A stretch of 64,000 nt of DNA from Lama glama (lineage: Eukaryota), in contig CM052832.1 in assembly GCA_028534125.1 (NCBI GenBank), positions 11,224,001 to 11,288,000 of the forward strand, given 5' to 3'. Each line of letters starts with the position of its first letter. Positions within the stretch are counted from its first letter, which is position 1. The notes beneath the pieces were generated by a model, which worked only from the letters and a program-made list of their open reading frames with translations, ran no database searches and was not told the origin of the DNA. Made by a program: the position numbers and the translations under genes. This document shows positions 38,281-49,420 of this stretch, piece after piece.

Positions 38281-38658
38281 GCTCATCCTTTCATAACTTG
38301 ACCGTTGCACGGGAAAGTGCTAGATGAGGTGCCCTTCCTCAGAATCCCCTGCTTACCCTGACATAACCTGTAGTTTCCTATTAAAAAATCTGTCGCCTTC
38401 GTCAGACCCTAATCTCTGAGAGGGCACAGGCAGTTTCTCTCAGCTCAGGAGCCCAAGCCAGTATACTGCTGTCACAGATGAAGTGCCATTTCGTCAATGA
38501 ATGAATAATAAAAACCAGAATGTCTTCTGTGCTAAAAAGAAGTGTTGGCAGAGAGAGCGAATGGATTGTAGAACAGGGCGAGGCACAGTTGGTTGTCACC
38601 CTATTAACCACTCTCTAGGCCAGCTCAGGAACGAAACCAGAGGCCCAGACCTTAGCCA

Positions 38659-38670
38659 TGCGCATGCGCA
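38659..38670. promoter_or_regulatory. NRF1 site (perfect palindrome TGCGCATGCGCA)
   Basis: Exact match to the NRF1 consensus about 230 nt upstream of the ATG. Confidence 0.8.
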
Positions 38671-38781
38671 GCCCCCGCCTCTCGGCCCCGCCCCTCAGTC
38701 CTTCCCTTCGGGCCGCCCCTCCCCGTCAGCAACCAATTAGGGAGAAGAGGCGGTCCTGGTTGGCGCAGCGCTCCTTGGGTA

Positions 38782-38810
38782 GTGTCTCTAGTTACTGTTG
38801 CTAAGGCTGC
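38782..38810. promoter_or_regulatory. Possible RFX X-box-like sites near the TSS
   Basis: GTTGCTAAGGCTGC (38797-38810) and adjacent GTCTCTAGTTAC resemble GTTGCCATGGCAAC; KIF6 is a cilia-associated gene. Confidence 0.5.
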
Positions 38811-38897
38811 GGCTCACCTGAGGCAGCAGGAGTCAGAAGTTTTGGGAGCCAGGGCCTGAGAGAAGTCAAGCGAGGGTCTATAGAAGAGCCCGGGGAG

Positions 38898-38963
38898 ATG
38901 GTGAAGCAGACGATCCAAATTTTCGCCAGGGTGAAGCCCACTGTCCGGAAGCAGCAACAAGGG
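38898..38963 (+). CDS. KIF6: Kinesin family member 6, coding exon 1 (MVKQTIQIFARVKPTVRKQQQG)
   Basis: ATG in strong Kozak context (gagATGG) inside a CpG island; 66 nt then GTACGG donor (phase 0); peptide matches the recalled KIF6 N-terminus with the kinesin xRVKP motif. Confidence 0.96.
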
Positions 38964-39291
38964 GTACGGTCCGAGCAGCGCGGGCGCCGGCGCGGCGGGG
39001 CCTCCCAGGCAGGGGGAGGGGCGGCACGCGAGGGGCCTGGGCCCCTGTGAGGGGTTCGGGCGCCTGGTGCCGGATGCGGCCCGGAATCCAGCGCACTCTG
39101 TTCTAGGCTCCCAGGCAGCCTCGCAGATGACAGTCAGCGCGCTGCTGTCAGGGACGCGGACCCACTGACGCCCAATCCACTGTCCCCCAGCACAGCCATG
39201 CCGGCGCAGACCACGCTGCACCGAGCCACTTACGTGCTCCCCGGCACTCGTGTTCACGCGGGGGCAGACACGTGCACGTATGTTTGCGTGC

Positions 39292-39375
39292 ACACGCACG
39301 TAGACTGCGCCTCAACACGCACGTAGACTGCGCCTCAACACGTACGTAGACTGCGCTTCAACACGCACGTAGACT
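39292..39375. repeat. 23-bp minisatellite, about 3.6 copies, in KIF6 intron 1
   Basis: Unit ACACGCACGTAGACTGCGCCTCA at 39292, 39315, 39338 (2 changes) and 39361 (partial). Confidence 0.95.
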
Positions 39376-41734
39376 CCAGCTCGACCGTGCACCCTTATTG
39401 CGCCTTTCTGGAAAACAGCCACGCAACTCTCCACACCCAGATACACTCAAACCTACATTTCACACGGGTAAAACGTGCAAGCAAGAGATGCGTGTCCACC
39501 ACGTCTGAGGTGATACAGGTAACAGATACAGATACAGAAACACAAAGCATACATGGTGGCTCTGTACACAGTGGGCCCTTAGAATTTGTTGACTATATTG
39601 TCATTCTGAACAGAAGCATGAACGTTGACATACACTCATTGCAGATATAGATAGATAATTTATACATCCTGACACAAAGAATACACATATTGTATATTCA
39701 GAAAACATTAGCTGAACATTTTCTAAGTGCTTCCTCTAGGGTGCTAGGCTCAGAAAGGTACAAAGGAGGTTAAGACATTACCCTTCCTCTGAGCTGAGAT
39801 ACTTTGAATGCTTCTCAAGTGTATTTGGACATTGAGGATATTAATCAAATTTAAGGATTTTATATTTTATATTTTTATTTTTATATTATTTATTTTATAT
39901 TTTTATTCCAAAGCTCATGGCTCTTCAGACAAAACCTTTTTGCCTCACAAAATGAAGATATAGGCACGGGCAATCTGAGTCATGATCATGAGTCTCTGAA
40001 ATGGGTATATTATTAATAATATTTTTTCTCTATCCCATATCTACACTGTGTATGTATATATGTAACATCCTGGCATCTCATAACTTAGCATTTGCCTCAT
40101 ATGATTTAGATATTTAAAACAGGGAGACTATAGTGTCTTGTCATCATCATTACTGTCAGGCTTTTCACCTGTGGAATACATTTAGGAAAAGCATGAAAAG
40201 ACTCGAAAGAGAATATTGGCTTTTTAATTTTATTTTAAGGAATAAAGAATGTAGAAAGAAACCGTGGATATCATCCCATTTTCTGTCCTCTTACATTCAC
40301 TTACAAGAAGGTTTTTAAAAATTCATCACAAATAAAAGTTACATTGTACGTAACATTTCTCCCCCCACCTCCCCTCAGATTCTTAGCTGAAAATACTGAA
40401 CTTGTCTGCATTGACCTAATAGTCAAAAACAGATGCTTGGAAATGGTAATGTGAGAGGATGGGTAGAGGTGGGACTGGGAGTGGTGGTGGGTTGATGGAG
40501 AATGTTGGGTTTAATATTGAATTTCCTCTTTCCTTAAAATGCAATATTTGAATATTTATATGTGCCTCCTTTTGCATTTCTTTGGTGAGATTCTGTGGAG
40601 TGGCTTGTTTGATACTCCAGGAAGTATTTATAGGTGTCATACTGTATTTTAACAATGTCAGATTCTTACCAAGAGGCAACATGATGCCACATACACAAAA
40701 ATATGAGAACACAGATGAATGAATTTTGAATTAGTGTATCATTGCTCTTCCTTAGAAATCCCACTCTTAGCACCTTGTCCTTTTGCCTTCCAAAGATTGT
40801 GTGGTTGTTTCTCTGACTAGAAATGCCCCTTATAGCATTAAACCAAGGGTGGTTCAAAGGTATTTTTTTTTCCATCTTCATTTTGTAGTTCCATTACTTC
40901 ATTAACCTTATTCCTTAAGGCACTATAAATTAAATTATAATAGTTTATAGGTTTATAAGTTGAAAGACAGAGAAGATAAGTCTCTGTGATAATTTTAACA
41001 ATGGCAACACTTTTCATTTGTATAGTGCTTTGTGTATTTTAAAATATTTTCATCATCCTGGCATTTGACCTAATTGTCTTGTATTCTTTTAAAAAAAGAC
41101 CTATTCAATATTTTTATGACTGACAGTAGAAAGCCAGTCTATTAGACTAAACAAGTTTTCTGATTTGAGACTTTTCTTAATTCCTCAAAGAATGGCTTAA
41201 AGAGAGGGGTGGAGGGTCACTGTTCCTACTCTAGTCCATAGTCCTTTTAGTCTTGTGAGTACTGAGTGTTACAGATTTTTTTAAAAATGTGTAGCACCCC
41301 TCACACCTGTATGTTTTATGTCTTACACACCTCTTTCACTCACCTGTCTAGCCATTAACCTTTTAAAAAAATAAAATAATGTAGTGCCCTATAGGATATA
41401 ATTTTTAAATGTCTCTTGAGAAAACCTAGCCTGAAAGCTGTGGACCTGATGCCATTCCTTTCTACAAATAATTCGATTTTACAGCATGACTTTTCTACAT
41501 AAATTCTTCACATTTTTAATGAGAGGGCTCAATAAAAATCTGCTTAGGAAAATTATTCAGACTTTCTGAAGATTTAGGTAGGCTTTTACTTATTTAAGAA
41601 TATGACTTTTCCCTCGTAATCAAGCATCTAAATGGGTCTTAAACAGGAAGTATTGCCTGTTAGAAAGAATTTTATTTCTTGGTGAAAGACAAGAAGTCTT
41701 TTTTAAAAACCTCTAAATCTAATGACTAACATTT

Positions 41735-41930
41735 TTTATAGTGCATTACAAAATGCTTCCATTTCCATGACATCATTTCATCCCTGCAGCCATCTTGTAG
41801 TGGAGGCAATTCTGTTTTCTTCATTTTCTGTCTAAGGTCCTGAGATTCTGAAAGTTGTGGCTGGTCACACAGCTGGTAAGTTGAAATCAGTGTTGGACCC
41901 AGGGCTTTGGACACCGAACCTCACACTTTT
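41735..41930 (-). mobile_element. MIR
   Basis: atttcatccctgcagccatc..ggtcacacagctggtaagttgaaatcag. Confidence 0.65.
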
Positions 41931-42720
41931 CTTTATTCCACATGACCTCTTTATAGGCCTGACTCTTGCTTTTCCTGGCCAATAAATAAAGAAGTAGGTA
42001 ACCAAAGCAAGAATCAGAGAGTATTACATTTGTAAAGGGGGTTGGTAAAGACCCTTCATTTCCATATCAGCTTAAGAAGGTTAAGTGATTTCTCCCAGGT
42101 CATTTTCTAATTAGTGGCTGAGCTGGGAGGAGAACCTTGAAAATGACATCAAAGACATGAATTACATGTGTCTTTTGAAACCATATGTCTTTTATCAAAT
42201 GCTTGACTATGTCTCATGGAAACTTCGGCTTCTTTGAACATAACTTGAATTAAGACATTCTTGTGAACTCTCTGAGAAGGCTCAGACCCTGTCCTTTCAT
42301 CTCTGTGTCTAGCATTTTATAAATGCTCAGAAGTACTTACTGGTTGTAGTAAAATGTTAACTTCTGGTGCATAATTTCAAAGCAATACTTAGATAATATA
42401 TTGTTTTCAGGGCTATTAGTTTCTCAACAGCAAAGACAGACACTCAGATGCTCAAATTTGAATATTAGATCATTCAAACAGTATCTGAGCTTTGATTAGG
42501 CATTGATTTAGGTTTTACCTCTTGTTCTGTTCCATGTATTTGTTTGAATGTGCATACAGTTTAAAGCAGAAAATTATCCAAATTATGCTATGTTACGACT
42601 TTTTATTTTAAAAGTACAGGGTTTTTTTTATACCACTACAATGCATGTCATAATAACATGGTCATAGTTCAAATTGTAATTTTAGCATTTTACATTCATT
42701 TGTTGTCTTCATGTTTGCAG

Positions 42721-42830
42721 ATTTATTCCATAGATGAAGATGAAAAATTAACACCTAGTTTGGAAATCATCTTACCTCGTGATTTGGCAGATGGATTTGT
42801 GAATAACAAGCGAGAAAGCTACAAATTTAA
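42721..42830 (+). CDS. KIF6: KIF6 coding exon 2 (IYSIDEDEKLTPSLEIILPRDLADGFVNNKRESYKFK)
   Basis: Pyrimidine-rich acceptor ending TTTGCAG at 42720; 110 nt open frame continuing exon 1; GTGAGC donor (phase 2). Confidence 0.96.
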
Positions 42831-43247
42831 GTGAGCTTTTCTTTCTCCTTCTTCATTCTGTTTTTTTTTTTTTAACTAACTCTTATACTGCATTAATATC
42901 CACTGTGAAATCACTGGCACCATTTCTTGGGGAGAATGTAGTACCATTCTCTATCTCATCTAGTAGATAGAATGCAAATTGTCTCTTCTATGCTATGCCC
43001 AAAGTTAAAAAGGGCATATTTTTGTATCCAACATGATATCCCAAGGTCCTACCCTTACTTGACTACATCTGTTTTTCAAGTGTTGTCTTTTTCCTACTTG
43101 GCCCATGATGGTTTAGCACCTACAGGAAGTTCAGTGCATAATTAACCTTTATTAAAGATGGCAACTTAAGGAACAAACTGTGTGCCGTGCAGATGAGCCT
43201 TGTTAATAACATAAATGATATACTGACCTTATATGGACACTCTTACC

Positions 43248-43597
43248 TGTACTGTCCAGTGTGCCAGCCACTAGCCACATGTAGCTCGTAAGCACTTGGA
43301 AGGTAGCTGGTCTGAATTGAGACGCGTTGTAGATGTGAGCTATATTAAAGACTTTTGAAGGCTTAGTATGGAAAAGAAAAGAATATAAAATATCTCAAGA
43401 AGTTTTTCATGTTGATCACATATTAAAATGATTTTAATCATCCCAAATTTTGGATATATTGGGCTAAAATACATTGTTGAAATTAATTTTACCTGTTTAA
43501 TTTTACTTTTTTAAAAAAATGTGGCTATTAGGAAGTTTTAAATTACACATGTACTGATATTTATGAATTGCATTATATTTCTCTCACAGAGTGCTGC
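43248..43597 (+). mobile_element. MER33/MER3-like hAT-Charlie element
   Basis: agccactagccacatgtagct..aagcacttg..aaatgtggctattaggaagtttaaattacacatgt..cattatatttct. Confidence 0.75.
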
Positions 43598-44689
43598 ACT
43601 ACATGGTACCAAATAGCCACCCTCAGGTTATCATCAGTGCCTTTGGTACAGATACTTTTCTGGTAGCCAGGCCTTGAATTTGGGGATTATGGCTATTTCA
43701 TACTATCTTTATTCTTCAGTATCAGATGACATAATTTCCTTTAATCTCCACTTTTGATTTCTGAAGAAGTTTGAGCTCAAGTTAAACCCATATTTAATCT
43801 CTGGCCCAAACTTAGGTAATGGGCTTGTGGGTCCTGCTGAAGGACTGCTGATTGCCCTCATGCATTCCTCTCTAGGCTGTTTTACATAGGCCTTATTTTG
43901 AGACTATTCCTGCCCCTGCTCTTTGGATAAAACCATCTTAGATTTTTGTGTGTTTGTGTTTCTCTCTCTTTCTCTCTCTTCCTCTCTACTTCTTATTTCT
44001 CCCCTCCCCACCTCATCCTCCTCATTATTATTGTTATCATTTTATCTCATAAAGATTCTCTTTGGTCTTCACAACTCTACCCTTTGTCTCTCATATATAG
44101 TCTCTCCTCCCCCTCCACCCCATCTTCTTTTGGGGTCTCCTTTTACATTAAGTACAAGTGGGATGGCTAGCACATGGTGATCCTCACGTTGTCTTTTGGC
44201 TTCTCATTGCCTTTCATTCAATCCTTTAAGGAGCAGCCTTATAATACATGCCTTGCTTTTCTGAAGCAGGCAGTCTCCCCCTGATATAACCACAATACAT
44301 ACCTAGGTAGCTATGACTTAATGATAGCTGGCCTTGTCCTGTCTCCATGAAGCCAGAATTTGCTAAGACATTTTATTCAGCATGATTCTGTTTGATTGCT
44401 AAGAAACAGTTGACCATGCCTCTCTCTATTGGCCCTTTCCAAAGTAGCCTGTGTATTATGTAGCTACAAACAGTGCATTTCAGCATATGTTTATTGTAGA
44501 CGTGTTATTTGCTTATTGTAAATATCTTGAGATTTCTTTCTGAATCTCTGAATTAAAAAATTTGGTTTTAGTGTTTTAAATAAAGAAGTTAAGTAAACAT
44601 TTAACTTATACATATGTTCAGAGAGAAATATTTGAGCATTTTAAAGGTCATTTTCTCCCAAGAAAATTCATGCAATTAGTAAATCTTTT

Positions 44690-45560
44690 TTGACCATCCT
44701 CTGTGTGCCGTTTTGATGGCTAGGAATACAGCAGGGAGTGCCACCATGCTCTAGCTCTTAGGTGCTGACATTTTAGTGGGAGCAGATGGGTGGGCAAGCA
44801 GACCAATAAGTACAGCACGTGTCGGAAAGTGTGGAGTACTGTGGAGAAAAATAAGTCAGGGATGGGGATTGAGGAGACCCGGGATGAGGGCAGCAAAGTG
44901 GAAGGATGCTGCAGTATTTCAAGGCTGACCAGGGGAGGTGTACATTTGAATGAAAATCTCAAGGAAGCAAGGAAACCAGACCTGCAAATATCCAAGGGAT
45001 GAGAAATCCAGGCCATGGACAGAGCAAGAGCACAGTTCCTGGGATGGGTGCCTGCCTGGTGCATTGAAGAAGCGTGAGGAATCTGTGTGGCTGGAGGAGG
45101 GTAAGCAAGGGGGCTGGAAGGGAAGAAAGTTAGAGGGGCAGCAGTGTGGCCTGAGCACATGCAGCCTTCCCTAAAGTGCCAGGGAAGGTCATGGAGTGTT
45201 GGGAGCAGAAGAATGGGATAATCTCACTTCTGTTTCAGCAGAATCATTCTTGCTACCATGTGGCAAATAGACTGTCAGAGGGTAGGGGAGACCAGGCAAG
45301 AAATTATGGCAGCTTGGGCCAGAGCAGTAGCAAGTGGAAATGCTGAGAAATAGTTGAGTCCTGGGTGTGTTCTGAAGGTCAGATCTGACAGTGTTCGCTG
45401 ATGGGTTTAATGTAGAGTGTATTGGAAAGAGAGGAGTCAAGGATACTCTAAGGGTTTTGGACTGAATTTTTAAAAGGATGGAGTTGTCGTTTACTGGGAA
45501 GAGGAAGACCAGGAGGAACAGGTTTGACATGGGAAGAGATCAGCATGCACCAAATTTGAA
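44690..45560 (+). mobile_element. L2 fragment (well preserved)
   Basis: gaaggtcagatctgacag..gctgatggg..gagaggagtcaaggatactctaagggttttggactga. Confidence 0.8.
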
Positions 45561-47077
45561 ATGGAGTGTAGAAAAAGCCTACCTAACTTCCTAATAAAGG
45601 AAAGGACCTGCCAGCAGTCAGGAAACCTGAGCAGTCGTGTTATCTCAGCATTCATATCTGAAGCTATCAATCACCTAGAGGGCTCTGAGGAGTGTCCTGG
45701 GCACACACTCAGTAAATACTGCTGTCTAGAATATAATTTTACCTGCTAAATGTCATAGTGCCCGCAGTGCATTATGGTGTCTCTTTGTATACAGTTTCAT
45801 TATTTGTTTCTTCAAAAGCGCGGTTGATAAGCCACAGGAATCTTTTGAAATTAATATTGATTGAAGATGAATTCATTCCATTCTATGTTTCCAGTCCAGC
45901 TCCTGACACCCTTCTGAACTCCTCCATGGTGAAAACAAACCTGCATTTCATGTAGTCTCTACTTTAGTTAAACCTGTGCCCAGTTCACTTGTGTGAGCTG
46001 ACACCGACACCAAAGGTTCCTAAGCCACTGTGAAAGCTGCTCAGGATGCCCTCAATATGTTTGTTTCAAAGGTTTTTCTTTAAAGTCCCCCTCTCCCAAT
46101 TTTTTTATTTTGAAAACTTTTAAATATGCAGAAGAGGTGAAAGAATGATGCAATCAAGTCTCTTCTACCTTTGTGGGAAAGTCACAAGTTATTAACATTT
46201 TGCCTTATGTGCTTATGCTCTCCTCTCTCTCTCTTTCTCCCCCTTCTCCGTGCCCTCTCCCTCTCTTTTCCTTTTCCTCCTCCTGTCTGTCTTGCTCCCT
46301 GTCTCTTTCTTCATGATTTAATGGCAAGTTAACACACTGTAAAGAATAGGTCGTGAGTCTCCCCCCAGGTATTCCGCTGTGCTCGTGAGCCTTTACTAAG
46401 CCAAGTCAGAGCACCATTGCGAGAAGGGTGAAATTGACACCACTTCCCATCCCCAGGCCCCCAGCCTTGCCAATCTGATCGAGATTTCCTTTACAGGACA
46501 GGTCTATCTTAATTTACTGTTTAACTTTTGCCTCATGATCAACAGAATGAAACAAACTGCCCTGAGAATTAAGGAGCTGATACCAGGATGCAGTACCTAA
46601 TTAATGGAAAATAAACTTCAGCTCAAAACTTTAAAACTAAGTTCAATAATCACATATTTCACAGCTGCATTCTTTTCTTACAGGTCAGACATCAGAAGTT
46701 CTTTGGCTGTGTACATCCTGTTCCTGGGTTTCCATTTCATGCTCTTATCTAGATTTGAATATGATGCCAATTGCAGACACTGTCCCTCTTGAGAGCTAAA
46801 AAACACACAGTTTATTATTTGGTTCAAAGCTGCTGCAGTTTTTCAGAGGGATTTATTGTGCAGATCTTGTCAAAGCAATACTGTTTACCCACCATTTGGA
46901 TCCATGGGTACAACAGCACAGTGTATTTGGGGCTACAGGGCAAACATTGTGTTAGGTTAGGTAAGCCCAGTGATGTAAATATGGGGTAATTTGCAGAGCT
47001 TTTAGGAAAAAAAAAAGTATTAATCCAATAGTGTTTGAAGCCTTGGCTTTTAAATAATTACTGTTTCACATTTGCAG

Positions 47078-47152
47078 ATTTCAAAGGATTTTTGATCAGG
47101 ATGCAAAGCAAGAGGCCATTTTTGAAAACATTGCCAAACCAGTTGCTGAGAG
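47078..47152 (+). CDS. KIF6: KIF6 coding exon 3 (FQRIFDQDAKQEAIFENIAKPVAE-S); gene continues beyond the window
   Basis: TTTGCAG acceptor ending 47077; 75 nt in phase with exon 2; kinesin FxFDxVF..Q..VF-type segment; GTAGGA donor; the next exon (GYNGTIFAYGQTGSGKT) was not found downstream in the window. Confidence 0.95.
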
Positions 47153-48539
47153 GTAGGATTTCCTATATTTTGTTCAGTGGCTTAGTGGTTTTTCATCACG
47201 CCTTCAATTCTCAGATAATTGTGGTAATATGCTTCAGTATATCAATTATATACTCAGGCTTCAGGGCTTGTGAAGAAATAGCATTAATAGCTTCTATTCA
47301 TATAGCTTGTTTGCTTTAGATCTGGAGTCTCAACCTCAAAACAAACCAGTGAGATAGACAGAATAGCTCTTATTACTCCCATTAAAAAAAAAAAAAGTTC
47401 TTTAGTAGTCTCCATTTAATTGGTTTATTTGTTGTTAATAAATTGGCAACACAATGAGGGGCCCAGGGTGTGCTCCCAGGCAGGCTTCTGTGCTGGTGGG
47501 CTCAAATAGGAGATGCTGCCTTGAGGCGGGGGCACGGCAGGGCACAGACACCAGTGCCCCAAGGGATGAAAGGAAAAGGCCCCCCCACTTTTGGGGGAAC
47601 CCTGTGGAATGAACATAGTGGCCAATGAACAAATAGAACCAGAGGAGCTAAAGGAAAACAAGAGGAGGGAGGGACAGACAGATGGGCAGGTTTGGGGGAA
47701 GGTAGCATTTTCTGGTATCCCCCCACCCCTGCCCAGGGGCTAAGAAGCCTTTGCCTGGGTCCAAAGGCCAGGGCAAACTTGGCTCACAGCTTCAGGGAGG
47801 GTCACCATATCTCCCTCCCCACTCTAGGACTGACAGCCAAGAGACTGGGCAGGAGCTCAGTCAGAGCTGTTTTTAAAAATCCGGTTACCACTGGGTGGGC
47901 CGACAGTAAATCTCAGGATTGGAGAGATTAAATGGCACTGCTCAGGGTTGGTGGCTAGTGGTGGCAGAGTCCTAGGTGGTGGTCTAACTGTTATGTCTAG
48001 TGCTGTTTCTTTGGTACAGTATTTCAAACATATGGTTAGATGGATGGAGGACTGGGTACAGTGGTACCTGGGAGGCCTGATACTGGTCAACCCAAATCCA
48101 CCTCAGTATAACAACCCTATTTAAAATCTTGACCCTTATTAGCTCAGGTCCCTTTTCTTTCTGTATACCCAAATAGGTCTGGGCTGCTGCCTACTAGAAC
48201 CAAACTCAAGTGAGAATAAATCATCCTGAATCAGTTGGAGGGCCATTTTATCAATATGTATTGGCAAAGATTCCTTGGGATAGACTCTCAGCCCTTAGAT
48301 AAGCATACTCTCATTTTGTAGGGAGTCTGTATGGGAAATTACTACTAATAAAGTTGCTGTCCAATCCTGCAGTCACTTGGTTGGTTTTAATGACTTCATT
48401 ATCTCCAGATATATATCTCTCTACGATTAAAATGAACAATACATCTGCTAAATAAACCCATTTTTCAAGTCCACTGATCAGTACACCCTCAACCATGACA
48501 TTGCTGAAAATATATTGACACCTAAGCCATGCCCTTCTC

Positions 48540-48810
48540 TCTTTTTTTCCTCAGTTTTACTGAGATATAATTGGCACATGACATTGTATAAGTTTAAGGT
48601 ATATGTGTTGATACATTTATAAATTGCAAAATGATCATCACCATAGTATTAGCTGTCACATCCATCTCATCACATAGTTCCCATTTGGTTTTTTTTTGTG
48701 GTAGAACATTTAAGATCTCTCTTAGCAACACTCAAGTATATGGCACATATTATTATAAGTATTATTAGGTGCAGCCACCATGCTGTCCATTAGACACCTG
48801 AACTTGATAA
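48540..48810 (-). mobile_element. L1MA 3' end
   Basis: cagttttactgagatataattggcac..attgtataagtttaaggt..catccatctcatcacatagtt. Confidence 0.8.
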
Positions 48811-49129
48811 TCAAGCCCTTCTCTTTGTATACTGTCTTCCAGCGCAGTGGGTAAAATATAATTGAGTACTTAAACTATTCTAGTTGTAGTCACAATCCAA
48901 TAGCATCCCTTTAGACTAAATTCAGGTCTCCTAGATTGGGTGTCACACATTTCTAAAATTCTCCTCTTTTTAGTAATGTTTTGGTGATGTCATTTTTCAG
49001 TTAGCTCATCTCGTGTTTTATTTTGAGGCTTCCTAAAATCATCTGGGGAGGGAACGTCAGTATGTGTTTCATGGATGTCTGCTTTTCCCTCCCATTGCTG
49101 ATGACCTCTCCCATCTTACTCCCTCTTCC

Positions 49130-49420
49130 TCCTTCAGCTCCCTCTGTGCCCTCTGTCTGCAATTTTCTTCCTTCAGAAATCTGCAGAGTTGCTTCCTCAG
49201 CTCTTTTGAATTGTTTGCTCATGTAGCCCCTTTTCAGTAAGGGCTTCCTTTATTAGTACCTGACTTGAAATTGCATTCCCTTTCTGATTTTATTTTATTT
49301 GTTTTAGCACTTGTCACCATCTGACATACTCTATAGTTAACCTACTAGTTGTTTTGTTTGTCTACCTTCTGCTATAGCAAAAGCTCCATGAAGGCTGGAG
49401 ATTTATTTGTTTTGTTCACT
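49130..49420 (-). mobile_element. L2 3' fragment
   Basis: tagcacttgtcaccatctgacatact..aagctccatgaaggc..ttttgttcactg. Confidence 0.7.

Larger units (their letters stand above)
38640..39420 (+). promoter_or_regulatory. KIF6: KIF6 CpG-island promoter
   Basis: Sharp rise in GC and CpG against a CpG-depleted background; TGCGCATGCGCA at 38659-38670, GGCCCCGCCCC at 38684-38694, CCAAT at 38733-38737; spans exon 1. Confidence 0.9.

Noticed and set aside
1..38600. DAAM2 exons in the left part of the window
   Set aside because: No formin-like peptide or second CpG island seen; the neighbouring gene presumably starts beyond the left edge
38814..39299. 161-aa minus-strand ORF over the KIF6 promoter
   Set aside because: Non-ATG start, Pro/Arg/Ala-rich, expected from stop-codon scarcity in a CpG island
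39292..39375. CRISPR-like repeat array
   Set aside because: Units are directly adjacent with no unique spacers; eukaryotic context and no cas genes
44720..45530. 146-aa and 113-aa minus-strand ORFs
   Set aside because: Lie within an L2 remnant; not host genes
46906..46946. GYNSTV / FGATGQT in intron 2, resembling the kinesin GYNGTIFAYGQT motif
   Set aside because: Needs a frameshift, lacks GSGKT, has no convincing splice sites and lies before exon 3; most likely chance
47035..47319. 94-aa ORF overlapping KIF6 exon 3
   Set aside because: Different frame from the spliced KIF6 frame, runs across both splice sites, no recognisable homology
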